Assembly: GCA_013265495.1 (NCBI GenBank)
Contig: MU058252.1
Coordinates: 1,708,244-1,772,243, forward strand
Length of the DNA: 64,000 nucleotides
DNA from: Vicugna vicugna
Taxonomy: Eukaryota
Direction: 5' to 3'
The notes under the pieces are model-generated. The model was not told where the DNA came from and ran no database searches. It saw nothing but the letters and a program-made list of their open reading frames with translations. Within the stretch, counting starts at the first letter, position 1. Each line of letters opens with the position of its first letter. This document shows positions 49,420 through 61,351 of the stretch, piece by piece. The position numbers and the translations under genes are program-made.

Positions 49420-49947
49420 TGATACCATGTGATATTTGTCTTTCTCTGACTTTCTTCACTTAGTATGATGATCTCCAGGTCCATCCATGTTAATGCAAAT
49501 GGCATTATTTCATTCTTTGTTATGGCTGAGTAGTGTTCCATTGTATAAATATACCACAGCTTCTTTATCCAGTCATCTGTTGATGGACATGTAGGTTGCT
49601 TCCATGTCTTGACTATTGTAAATAGTGCTGCTATGAAAATTGGGGTGCATGTGTCTTTTCAAATTAGAGTTTTCTCCAGATATATGTCCAGAAGTGGGAT
49701 TGCTGGATCATATGGTAACTATTTTTAGTTTTTAAAGGAATCTCCATACTGTTTTCTACAGTGGCTGCACCAGATTACATTCCCATTAGCAGGGTAGGAG
49801 GGTTCCCTTTTCTCCACAGCCTCTCCAGAATTTGTCATTTGTGGACTTTTGGATGATGGCCATACTGACCAGTGTGAGATGATACCTCATTGTAGTTTTG
49901 ATGTGCATTTCTCTGATAATCAGTGATACTAAGCATCTTTTCACGTG
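49420..49947 (-). mobile_element. Young L1 ORF2 C-terminal fragment lacking its 3' end
   Basis: catccatgttaatgcaaatggcattatttc...gtggctgcacc...gcatcttttcacgtg. Confidence 0.9.
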
Positions 49948-51549
49948 TTGGATATTTCTTTGACATTTAATTTTCTAGTTTCATCAACTTGCCTGATCTA
50001 GTTGTAGCAGTTTCTCTTACTTTTCTTATTTAAATCCAAACTTTTTGGCTTGGTCTTTGGAATTCTTGATCTGTGATCTCAGAATCAGAGAAGCTTCCCT
50101 ACATGCAATGGGCATCTCCAGTCCGAGGGAGGGCAGAGGGAGGGGAGCGCTTAGGTGCATGACTGCATCTGCACTGATGCACCAGCCGGAGATGCCTCCT
50201 AGTGGGCCCTGTGAGGGTGCTGCTCCCGTCCGCGTTCATTGTGGAAGGCTAAGCTGGACCAGAGTGTCCTTGGATGCTTGATTATTGCAGCTGCTCCCCC
50301 GACTCATGATATCTGTAACCACCTGCAGCGGCTCCACTCTCTGTTTCCACACTCATGGTGTGGTGGTCATCCCCAGATTTTCCTGGTGCCTTTGCATCCA
50401 ACTTTCTCCCAGACACTGATCTACTAAACTTCTTTCTTTTCTGCTGGAAACATTGCCTGGTTTGTACAATGTATTCAGGTTCATAGATTCCAATCAAACC
50501 CAACTGATTTACATTTTGCTTTTCTTGAATCCCCTGTGATTCTCTTCCCCTCCTTTTTGTGTCTCCAGGCTCATTTGCGGGATGGCTTTTGTTTTCTGCC
50601 CCTGCCCCTGCCCCAGCTCCCCAGTACTCTGCAGAAAAGTGTGGCATAACTGTGCAGTGGATGGAAATTGCAGGATATATACCCAGTGAGGCAACAAAGC
50701 CCATCCAGAAAGCTCTATCCACTAATTATTCACAGAATGTGAAAAACAAATGTGGCTCGTTAACATCGATGCTATTAGCACATTAACTTACTTAAAACCA
50801 TTTTAACGATGATGAAGTAACAAGTGGAGGCTGCATTGTCAAGGGGTCTCTATGTTTCTGTGTCTATCAGCTGGTTCTTTAATCAGCTAATTTCTGAGGG
50901 TGGGTCACGAAGGCAGGAGATGGCGAGGTTCAGTTTTCAAAGAGCTGCAACAGAGCTTTTAACATTTTACAGCTAGATTTGCCAGAAGTAGCTCCTAGGA
51001 CATTGCTGGGCTTTCCAGGCTGACTCCCTTAACATAAATAACTCAACTAGTTATTAATTAAGTACCGTAACTGAGTTTTGGGGTGTTTTCTCTTCGTTTC
51101 ATTTATTGCCCCAGATTGCACAGTTAGGAAGCTTTAAAAAAATTAAGCTAGTATCTCCTGCTCCTCAGAGAGCTTTAAAAATGCCACTTGAAGTAGAGAT
51201 TTCCCAGTTTAAGTTGATGTTGGTCTTGGATTAACTATTTCTATTCCCTATCCACTAAAAGAATTTGGGACACACACAATCTAGATCTCAGTGTCTAGAA
51301 TATCGACACCTCAAAGCATAAAAACATGTTTTTACAGTAAAAATATCAAAGACACAGGCTTGTTCTAAACACTCAGCAAAAATTGACTTGTAGGGTACAT
51401 CCCACCCCTTTCCCTTCAACCATCCTTGATGCTTGGCAGCGCCTCATTTCATCCTTACGGCGTCTCTTTGAGGTCACACTGTCTATATGCGAGGGGGAAG
51501 CTGAGGGCAAGCGGGTTGAAGCCGCCTTCCGGAGAGCGCTGAGCACACC

Positions 51550-51850
51550 TGGGGCTTCTCAGCACAGAGTCCAGACTACGTATCAGAATCACCTGGGGTT
51601 CCAAAATGCAGACTCAGGAGTCACACCCAGACCTTCTAAATTTTAGAATTGAGACACATAAATTTTCAATTTTAACGAAAATCAATCTGGGTTGTTTTTT
51701 TTTTTTGAGTGGACGGACTGGGTCTTGAATCCAGGACACCGTGCATGCTAAGCGCGCACTCTACCACTGAGCTCCTTGCCTCTCCCCATGCATTTTCCTT
51801 TTTTAACTGCCTCCCTAGGTTTGTGTCAACACCACAGCTAGGCCACTACA
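51550..51850. mobile_element. MER5A-like hAT MITE interrupted by a SINE
   Basis: atcagaatcacctgggg...aaaatgcagactcagg...cacccagacct. Confidence 0.6.
51695..51807 (-). mobile_element. Vic-1-like tRNA-derived SINE
   Basis: Poly-T, ttgaatccaggacaccgtgcatgctaagcgcgcactctaccactgagct. Confidence 0.88.
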
Positions 51851-52199
51851 TCCATAGCGTAGCTGTTCCTTGACATATGTGAACTCTGCTTACAGACAGG
51901 CCGGCATTGCTCAAGTGGATCGGCCTGCTGGGAATCACTGAGAATGGTTCCTACGGAGGCAGCAGGGTGCTCTACGCTGAGAATCCGTACCCCAGAGGTG
52001 ATGAGACTTCTTGTCTTTGATAATCTTTCAGAGTCTGAGCTATGTCAGTTTCCCGTTACTGTTTTTCCTTACTTTTGACTAACGACAGCTCCTCGGACGT
52101 CAGGCCCCAGCCCCTCACACTCCTGCTCTCACTACGGTGTCCTGGTCCAAGTCCAGCAAGAGAGCAAGCCGCCCTAGGCCTCTGAACAGAGGGAATTCC

Positions 52200-52900
52200 C
52201 CCAGGGAACCGGGCACGCAAACGGCAGGAGACCAGACAAGTCAGCTGGGACAGGGACGCAGGGCAGCGACTGGGAGCAGCGGGAAGGCTGAGGACAGGGG
52301 GCACGACGGGTCCTTCCACGTCCGGGGGGACGACTGAGGGTCGGAGCGCTGCCGGCATCCAGGAGCCCGGCCACTGGCAGGTCCTAGAAGCACGCGGGGG
52401 GAGGGTTTCTGGTGAGGCCGCAGAGCGCGGGGGCGAGCGCGCGGCCCCCTCCCTGCTGTCCCCGCAGTGTCCACGCGAGCTTCTCACTGGCCAGCGGCAC
52501 CAGAAAGCAGGCGGCCGAGAAGGCTGAGAAACGGAGTTCCCGGAGGTACAGAGCATGGGGGCGAGCGGCAGGGACGGAGCTGTGAGCAAAGGGGCAAGTG
52601 GCCGACGTCCGCTGCCTCCGCCGGAGAGGCCCCCTGCCCTGCTTCTCCCTCCTCCGCCGGGCGAGGGGCCGGCGCCCGCTGGGCCGCGCTGCGCTCTGCT
52701 CCCTGCCCCTCTCTGCCTCTCCGGCCCCTTCACGTCCAGCGTGCAAGCCCCCAGCTCACAGGCCCGGGCGGGGTCCCCCTCACGGCCACATACCTGACCC
52801 TGTTTCTAGCTCCAGAGCAAGAAACGAAAGAGCCCACCATGCGCTCCGTGGTGAGGGAGGCACCTTCCCCCTCCCTCCCCAACCGGGAGCCCGGCGGTGT
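52200..52900. promoter_or_regulatory. CpG-island-like GC-rich block
   Basis: Dense CpGs (gcgcgggggcgagcgcgcgg, ggccggcgcccg, ccgcgctgcgc), GC box gggcgg near 52766; no repeat homology recognised. Confidence 0.6.
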
Positions 52901-53060
52901 GTCAGGTTACGTGGTGGTGGGGGGACTAGGGTGCCCATCAGCTGACCTTAAAATAGAGAGAGAGTCCTGGATTACCCAGGTGGACTCCACGGGATCACAG
53001 GGTCCTTACAGGTGGAGGAGGGCGGCAGAGGAGGAGGGGGGAGGGGTGGTGACGACAGAG
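52900..53060 (+). mobile_element. MLT1D-like LTR fragment
   Basis: atcagctgaccttaaaatagagag...cctggattacccaggtgg...atcacagggtcctta. Confidence 0.75.
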
Positions 53061-53129
53061 CCCAGTCTGTGACCCAGGCTGCCGTGCAGATCAGTTGGGA
53101 AAAGGACCCAAGCTGTTCAACCTTACGTC

Positions 53130-53450
53130 ACTGGCTTTCTATCAGAAGAAGCTAGGCCTCCTACACAGTCATCCTCAAAAGCAAATTCAAATATATTAAA
53201 GACATAAATATCAGTGACCTTGAAAATATGAATTTTAGTTTAATATTTTGATAGCTTGGAGGAAAGAGAAGGAGCTGCTTGAGTAAGACTGGAAACTCCA
53301 TCACGTGAAGAAGAGACAGACGGTCTTAGCCACCTAAGGAGATGAAATCTCTGAATGTGCAAAGACACCACAAAGCAAGTCAAAGCAGGTGTGAGAAACC
53401 GGAAGAAGACACGGGAGCTCAAGTGATAAAAGCTTCCCCACTTCACAGAT
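53130..53450 (+). mobile_element. Ancient L1ME ORF2 fragment
   Basis: aaattcaaatatattaaagacataaat...aaagacaccacaaagcaagtcaaa. Confidence 0.55.
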
Positions 53451-56400
53451 GGCCTCACGAGGAGGGAGAAGGCAGCCTGGCCGCAGAGGCTCGGGGGGAC
53501 AGCAGCTCTCAGGCAAGACACAGGCGAACGCGCACAGAGAGCCGATGCGGGGCCGCTGCTAGGCTGTGGCCAAACAGGCTCTTGGGTTTTTGTTTGTTTG
53601 AACCCATGGTTTGCAATTTTCACTTTGGTTTCTTCTTTAACCCCACAGTTATTTCTGAGTGTTTCGTGCGTTCTAAGTGGTTAGATGTGACTGTCTGCTT
53701 CGGGTTTGACTGCACAACGGTCAGAAAGCATGTTCTGAATGACCGCTGTCTTAGGGACACCATATGGAGAGCATGGTCAGCAACTAATGAAATTTTTATT
53801 ACATGTTCCATGGGCACTCTAAAAATGTTTATTCTAGTTTCGTGTGTAAAAATTTTATATGCAGTTATTAAATGTTATATCAATGCTGTTAGTTGTGTTA
53901 TTCAAGTTCTTAAACCTCGTTTTTATTATTTAATCCATTTCTGAGAAATGTGTTTTGGAGTTTCCCATTTCTCTTTGAAATTACGTATCTTCCACTGCAA
54001 GTATTTTGATGTTTTATCATGCACCTCAGGGTACATGACTATTATATTTTCTTTCTGAATTAGCTCTGTAATCAATACCAAATAATTTCTTTGTCCCATT
54101 GAAGAATGCTGGCTTTGAAATCTCATGTTAGTATTACTATACCTGCTTTTTTTTAAAAAAGAGATACTTGGAAATTTAGAAAGACATGTGTCTCACCTGT
54201 TCCTTTATTTATTTGTTTCTTCCTTTATTTATCGGTGTTTCCTGCGTCATTTAGTTCTGGACGAGTCTCTTGTAAACAACATGCGTTTGAACTGTCAGAA
54301 TATGGCTTTTAATGGGGGAGTTTAACCTATTAAAATTACTAATAGGTCAAGTTATTCCACTGACCCTACTGTTACGTCTTCAGTTTAAAATTTGAAGGAA
54401 AACCACTGGTCAATGGAAATAAGATGTAAAAGTTCTAAATTCCTAAGGGATAGAAAGAGAAAGATTCCCACCGACCAAGGACACGTAAGGAAAGACAGAA
54501 ATCTACACGGAAGGCAGGATATTGAGCAAAACCCACAGCTGCCTTCCTGGGACCTTCAGCCTGTTTCCCCCTCTCTCCTGTCAGCTTGGAAAGATGTCCT
54601 ATGGACCATTTGGAATTTTGGTTATTGACCAGTTTTTCTTCCATTGACATTAACTTAGAACTCAGCTCTTCCGTATTGCATTAAAGTAACAGTTGCATTC
54701 ACTTAACGGAGAATCTACCACTCTGCCTAAAATGACAGGCCCCACGTGGAGCTGAGGAATTGTTTACTGTGCCACTGTTGTGGGGGTGCCCCCTCCACAC
54801 GTCCGGTGTGGCAGATTTTTATATTTATCTCACAATTTTCTGGAAGATGTCAGTAACAGGTCCTGGTGATGGAGCATGTTTTGAAATTGGTTCTCTGTGG
54901 CCATTTTGATCTAATATCTGGTGATTCTTTGTCATGTGTTCATTTTTAAAATTACACATCTGGATTCATCTTGTGTGAATTATCTCGGGAACCATAAAAG
55001 TTAGTGCTCCATTTCCTCAGGGTAAACCTCGCCCTGGAGGGGAGGATGCAACAGCAGGAAGCCTTTCCCTCAAGGAGCGGGCCGGGGAGAGCAGCACTGT
55101 GGCCAGGGCGCCAGCGGCTCCCGCCCCCGGGGACCCCTCCGGGCCTTAGCTGGCGCAGTGCGCGTACAGAGAGAAAAAGCGGGCAGAACAACACAACAAG
55201 CACCCACTTTGTCTACAGTGACGGGCTCTCTGATTAAAACTGTCTCAAAGCGTGTATTTTTTGGAATAGTTATATTTCCGTTAAAAAGTAAGAAAAACTG
55301 GATTGAAGAAGCAGCTTAGCCCTAAAGTTAGCTGGGACGTCCCTAAACTGAAAACCTAATCTGATGAATCCAAGCTGGCTTTGATGACTCCATCAGAGAT
55401 GCTAGAAGAGAGAGAAGGAGGACCCCCTCCAGGTGGGCTGGCGCCTGGGCAGAGGGGCCATGGAGGGAGGGAAGAGGGGCTTCCGCTGTGATGCCCAGGG
55501 GGTGGGGTGCCTGACTGGTTCTCGCTTCTGAGACCCAGTGAGTTAGGAGGGTCCGGTCCTGACCAATCACAGTACTGCCCCGCCCTCCCTTGGAGAGAGG
55601 AGGAGAGATTCAAGTGAGCGCTCACTGGCGGAGTCTCTTCACTGTGAGCCAAGGCACAAATGCGGGGCGAGCAGACCTCCCCTCCCTCCCTCCCCTCTCC
55701 AGCTGGTACCATGTAGGCTGTGTCGTCTGACCTGGAATCCTCATTCCCACCTGTCTACGCCCATCATCTTTGCATGATCCAGAAATTTCTCAAAGACATT
55801 TTTCCAAGCTGGCACCCTTCCTGTTTTTCAGTGACCTCTAGGTTGCTCTGATTTTATATCTATCTCTCTTATTTCAAGGGGATTTAGGAAGCTGTAAACA
55901 TTAGACTTAGCCCACTTTCTTGGACTGAAAAGGCGATAGGGTGAGAGGCAGAATGGGAGGGAGATGTCGAGGGAGATGTCGAGGGAGACAGAGGACGAGA
56001 AACCCAGAGCTGATCATCAATTTTGTGACTGGGAGGCTCGGGAGAAAACAATGGGCAGAACCATTCTTGCCTCCAAAGACTTCACATTCTCAGTGTGGAG
56101 AGCACATGAGTACCCGGAATCACAGCGAGACTCACACGTGTTCAGTAGAGCCAGGCTGTGCTCCAGTGCACCATTTATGTCTCTGCTCTTCATTTCAGCC
56201 TCTGCTTTGAGGTGACCGCCATGCTACAATGTCTGTATTTTCCTTTCAACTTAATTCTTCTCATCTTTAAAGGAAGGAGCTCATTTCATGTCCTCTATGG
56301 AAATCCATTCAGATCATTCTCATCTGCACCAGCAAGCAGTCTGATAAACAGCTTTGGGAAGAACGTCTTCCGTGGACTGGGACACAGCCATGGACACCCC

Positions 56401-57105
56401 AGCCTGCCCTTTGAGGAGCAGATGACTCTCCCCTTCTGAATGACTGGGGTGCTCGCTGTGTGTGCCGCCCTTTGGGCACTCGCGCAGACGGCTACCGCCC
56501 TTTAGAGGTGGGCGGCCCACTGGTTCCTGGAGGCGGGGAGCTCACCGCCGAGCTCTCTGCATCTTTCAGAGAGCAGAGTCAGCTGCCTGTTCTCCGCCCC
56601 CTCTTCTCTGCCCTGGATACAGGGCGGGTACCTTTCTCAGGCTCCCTTGCCCTCTGCCTGCAGAGGCTCTGGTGCAGGATGGGAGGGAGGAAGGACAGGA
56701 GAAGTGGGGTCTTCACACCCACTTTCCATTTCCGGCAGCATCTCCTTGGTGCTTCTGCTCCTGCGGGGCAGCCTCTCCCACTGCAGTCCTGCCCTGTCTG
56801 GGTGGACAGGCTGTGGCTTGTTCTGCTCCTGCCCTGGGGGACCCGCCTGACACCCGGTGGGGAGTGGCACCTGCTGGTGCTGAGATCTGCGTAACCTCAT
56901 CGCCCCCTTTCAGCATCTCAGTTCTTCCAATTCCTGTGTTGATTTCTTGTATGAAATTCCCTACACTGGTTTGTTTTCTGGCTGATACAGTGTTCATCTG
57001 GTTTCTCTACAATTTATTTATTGTTAAAAAATAAAAGTAATTGTCTTGCTTCTATGTGCCAGGCACTGTGCTGGATCCTGGGGACTGAAGAAGAAAAAGA
57101 GAAAT

Positions 57106-57275
57106 GGCGGAGGGCGAAGGGTATAGCTCAGTGATAGAGCATGTACTTATCGTGCACAAGGTTCTGGGTTCAATCCCCAGTACCTCCATTAAAAATAAAT
57201 AAATAAAATAAACCTAAGTACCTCCCCTCACAAAAAAATTTTTTTAAAAAGGATATCCTTTAAAAAGAAAAGAAA
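57106..57275 (+). mobile_element. Vic-1-like tRNA-derived SINE
   Basis: gggtatagctcagtgatagagc...ctgggttcaatccccagtacctcc, (aaat)n tail; TSD aagaaaaagagaa at 57091-57103 and 57276-57288. Confidence 0.92.
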
Positions 57276-58209
57276 AAGAAAAAGAGAAGTAACTGAATAA
57301 CTACATGTTGTCTTGAAGCTCAGTGATTGAAAACTCCTGCCTCGAGCCCCTGCCACACCCTCAGGCGCTGAATATTTTGGACCTCTTTGTGTTTTGACGG
57401 CAAGACTGAGACTGATCCTGAGAGAGTATGTCAGAGCAGAGACAACCAGTTTCCACTCGTGACTAAACGTCGACTTCTTAATTAGCTCTGGCTCCGCAGT
57501 GACCACACGTGGTGGTGGCAGCTGAGCAGTTCAACTTGAACTTGGTGCGAGGCCGGGCGCTTCCATCAGACAGGACGGTGTCCTGCAAGCAGCGCACTGG
57601 ACGGCCGAGTCAGCCTCCGCCTCTGGGACTTTCATGACATGAGCAGAACGCCCTAAATCCCTTTACGTTCTCAGAAGAAGAAGGTTCAGCACCGTCGCTG
57701 GACATTTCCAGCAGCCGGAGCTCACGTGTTCAAAGTGGAGCGAAGCCCCTGAGATGGCGTTGACCCAACCAGAATGCCAAGTATCGCTTAAGAGCCAACG
57801 ACCGTATCTTACCCACTCAGGGGTCCCTGACGGGAGCGGAGTTCAGAAATTGGGTTGGGAGGACCTTCGTCAGACACTGCTCTGTGCTCTGAGCCAGGAA
57901 GGGGTCTTTAGGCAGAACGCAGTGTGGCCCCCACTGAAGCTCTGTCCTCGCACAATCTAATGGATCGTTGAGCATTTATCAGCCTCTGAAGCTCCATGCC
58001 CAGAAGTGACATTTCCTTGGAATCAAAGCTCTTAAAAGAGGAGCACTTGATGTGACGGCGGTGATTTACTGGGCTGCTGGACCGTTCGGAGTTTCCGGGC
58101 TGTGCTGCAGATGTTGCTCTGGGAATGACAGATGGTGCTTTAAAGGGGAGCTGATCTTGGAGAAGGTCTTTCTCAGTCTGGTGAGCCGTACAATTCCTTT
58201 GGTGTAGAA

Positions 58210-58367
58210 CAAAGTTCTTTTTTTTTTTTTTGAGAAGAAGGCATGGGCCCATTGAAAATTTGATAAAAGCTATGGACCCATTCACTAGAAAAATGTCTTG
58301 GCACATAATTCTGCACGTAGTCTCTCCTAAACCCACAGGTCCACTGGCCCCAGATGGATAACTGCTG
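58210..58367. mobile_element. hAT-Charlie MITE
   Basis: ttgaaaatttgataaaagctatggaccc...agaaaaatg; 8-bp TSD gt(g/a)tagaa at 58202-58209 and 58368-58375, the length typical of hAT elements. Confidence 0.75.
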
Positions 58368-58609
58368 GTATAGAACGAGCATGGCTAACATGTGCTGAGA
58401 TTGTCCTGTGATGCAGTTCCATGCCAGCTTTTGGCCTTTTAGGGCATAAATTCCACACCTCCTGGAACTGGCAAAGGCTGTACTTTCATGGTCACCCCAA
58501 GTTGCAGTGCGTGCTTAGGGGAAGACCCCGTCTTCTCTACGGCACAGCTCTCTTCAGAGGTGGCTGAAGCGGGGGATGTCTGGGTCCACGTCGTCACCAA
58601 CACTGCCAC

Positions 58610-59790
58610 GTGGCCTCCATTCCCATCACTACACAGAATCCGGCCTTGACTCGCTGACCAGCAACCTCAGTCTTTCCAAAGCTGATGACGTTTTAAATTC
58701 ATCTTTCAGGACAGCTTAGCGGCATTCAACCCAGGTGGTGGCTCCTTCCTTGAAACTGGTTTCATTCTTGACCCCTGGTAGTGTTTCCGCCTACTTCTCT
58801 GGTCCCTTCTCCTCGGTCTCCTTTGCCGGCTCCTTCTCAGCTGCCAGCCCCGTGAACGTTGGCGTGTCCTCCAGCGTCCTTCTGAGGGCTTACTTCATCT
58901 CTGTCTGTATTTATTCCCTAGCAGTTTCATCCAGTTTCGTTGCTTTAAATTTCTCTGGCTGCTGGGAATTCCAGGTCTGACCACTACTCTGAGTTCTGAC
59001 TCGTATGTGCAACCACTGGCTTGAATTCCCCACCCGGGGAATGAGCATCTCAGCATGGTATGTCCAAGTGAAGCTCATGGTTATTGGTGCCATTTTTCAG
59101 AGGCTGGAGAGGCTGGAGAGAGCTTGTTTGGGGTTTGGGTGGGAGGTGACCAGTCATCAAGCTAAACGTCTACAGGACACTCTTAGTCATTATTCTTTTC
59201 CCTTATTTTGACCACCCAATCTGTTTGAAAATCCAGTCAGAGTTCCACCTCCAAGCAGGCCCCTATTCCATTGGCTTTCTCCATTCTCGATCGCAGGTCC
59301 AAACCCCCTCTCCGCGGGAGTAACACGGTCGCTCTCTCCCTGCTTCCTCCTTCACTGCCCAACCATTCTTCCACGAGCCACCCCGTCACTTTCCACGGAC
59401 ACAAATCAGGTCACGTTACATCGTTTATGTTCTCAAAGAGGGGCTCCTTGCCGTTAGGATGAAGTGAAAGCTCCTCACGGTGGCCCCTCCACCACCTGCC
59501 TGTCTCATGCTCTCAAACTCGGCACTGTGCTGGGGTCAGGCTCGGGGTGTCTTTCTATTCCTTACAGAGGCTACGCTTTGCTCCTTCTCTGGACTTCGAG
59601 AAGGATTCTGGAGAAAATACGATATAAATTAGCTAATTTTCACACATGTGCTGCCTTATCCCTCCAATCAGATTATAAGCTCCTGGGAGCACAGACCCAA
59701 CTGCGTGCCTTTTTGTCTTCAGCATCCCCACTTCTGCCTCCAACCCGCTTCCTTTGTGTTTATCTAGGACAGTGTCTTGCATAATTCATT
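58610..59790 (+). mobile_element. L2 LINE, decayed RT region to 3' end
   Basis: ggcctccattcccatcactacac, cttagcggcattcaac, tggcgtgtcctccagcg, tgtccaagtgaagctc; 3' end gattataagctcctg...ctaggacagtgtcttgcata. Confidence 0.75.
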
Positions 59791-60937
59791 CCACACGGTG
59801 TTTGTGCACCTACTACACATCAGGGTCTGCGATGAGTGCTGGGAGTTTAGCAGACGTTAGATGTTGAGGTTGTTTCTCTCGAAGCACCAGCCAGTGAGGA
59901 AGGGAGTGGGAGCTACTTGCCGTAATAAATAGGAGACGCGTCAGAGCAGATTTTCAGCTCAGGGAGAATCTTGTCATTCTAATTAATCTTGAAAACTGTC
60001 TCATGCTAACGTTATTGCTTTGGATTAGTAATGGACTAAATGTGCCTGGGTTGCTTGCAAGAGTAAATATGATTTCCCAAAGTGCTCAGTTCACTCCTGC
60101 ACTGGAGCTGAGAGGATCACACTTAATGGGAAGTAATGATATTCTTAACTAGAAGAGACAACAAGCGCGTAAACCCCCACTCCTCCTCCTTCCCCCTTGA
60201 TGAACGGCTCCTAGCAGAAGAATAAATCAAAGCGTGTCCGGGGACCAAGTATCACTCTCTCAGCAACAGATTCTTCCTTCTCGACTCAAACAGAACACCC
60301 ACAGATCTTAGACGTGAGGCTCTTTGTGTTCCAGTATTGTATCTGGTGTGGAGGATCTACCCCTGACAGCGTTGCTTCAAAACTTTGTTTTGAAAAAAAT
60401 TTAAAGCAAGTCTGGCCAGTGTATAACCACAAGCTTCCTGCTAGTGCAGGTGGAACTGGCTACCAGGTATAAACATTGCACAGGCATCGCATTGTGTAAA
60501 CTTAGTTTGTAGCGTTTACCGAGGACGAGTAAACCCACCTTGTAAAGTGCAAGCCGTTGATTACAGTTCGGCTCATCCTAGGTGGGCTGGCGCCTCTGTG
60601 CTGGCTCAGAGCCATCTGGGGCTGTGGAAATGAGCAGCATGCTGTCAGTTACTTCAAAAGAATAGGACGTCCCCCCTTTTCCTCTCAAATAAAAATAGAA
60701 GCGGGGAAGAGGAAACTTAGGCAGACCGGAGCCTTTCTCACCGTCAGCGGACTGAAGCCTGAGGTGGGAGCCAGAGCCCAGGGCCGTTTGGAGGGGGCTG
60801 CCCTGAACCTGACAGCCTCAGGAGGAGAGGAGTGTGCGCCTGGTGGAGGGCGTCGGGCCTCGCGGTTGCGACTAAGCAGTAAAAAGACGCCAGGTGACGG
60901 GGTTTCTAACAGACTTTCAGAACTACATGTTCATAAC

Positions 60938-61351
60938 TCCAGTTTTTGTTGTTTAAGGAACCTTCATACTGTTCTCCACAGTGGCTGCACCAATTTACAT
61001 TCCCACCAACAGTGGAGGAGGGTTCCCTTCCCCCACAGCCTCTCCAGCATTTGTCATTTGTGGACTTTTTGATGATGGCCATTCTGACTGGTGTGAGGTG
61101 GCACCTCATAGTTTTGAGTTGCATTTCTCTAATAATTAGCGATATTGAACATCTTTTCATGTGCCTGTAGGCCATCTGTGTGTCTTCTTTGGAGAAATGT
61201 CTATTTAGATCTTCTGATAAGCTGATAAGCCCATTTTTTGATTGAGTTTTTTTATGTATATATATAAACATATTATATATATCTGAATCACTTTGCTGCA
61301 CACCTGAAACTAATACAATATTGTAAATCAACTATACTTCAATTAAAAAAA
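60938..61351 (+). mobile_element. L1 with inverted 5' segment (antisense ORF2 end 60938-61245, sense terminal ~100 bp with polyA)
   Basis: Antisense [15 protein letters not shown]...KCWRGCG, then gaatcactttgctgcacacctgaaac...cttcaattaaaaaaa; no clear TSD. Confidence 0.75.

Noticed and set aside
52056..53944. 200+ aa ORFs on both strands
   Set aside because: Explained by stop-codon scarcity in GC-rich DNA and by overlap with MLT1D/L1ME fragments; no recognisable homology.
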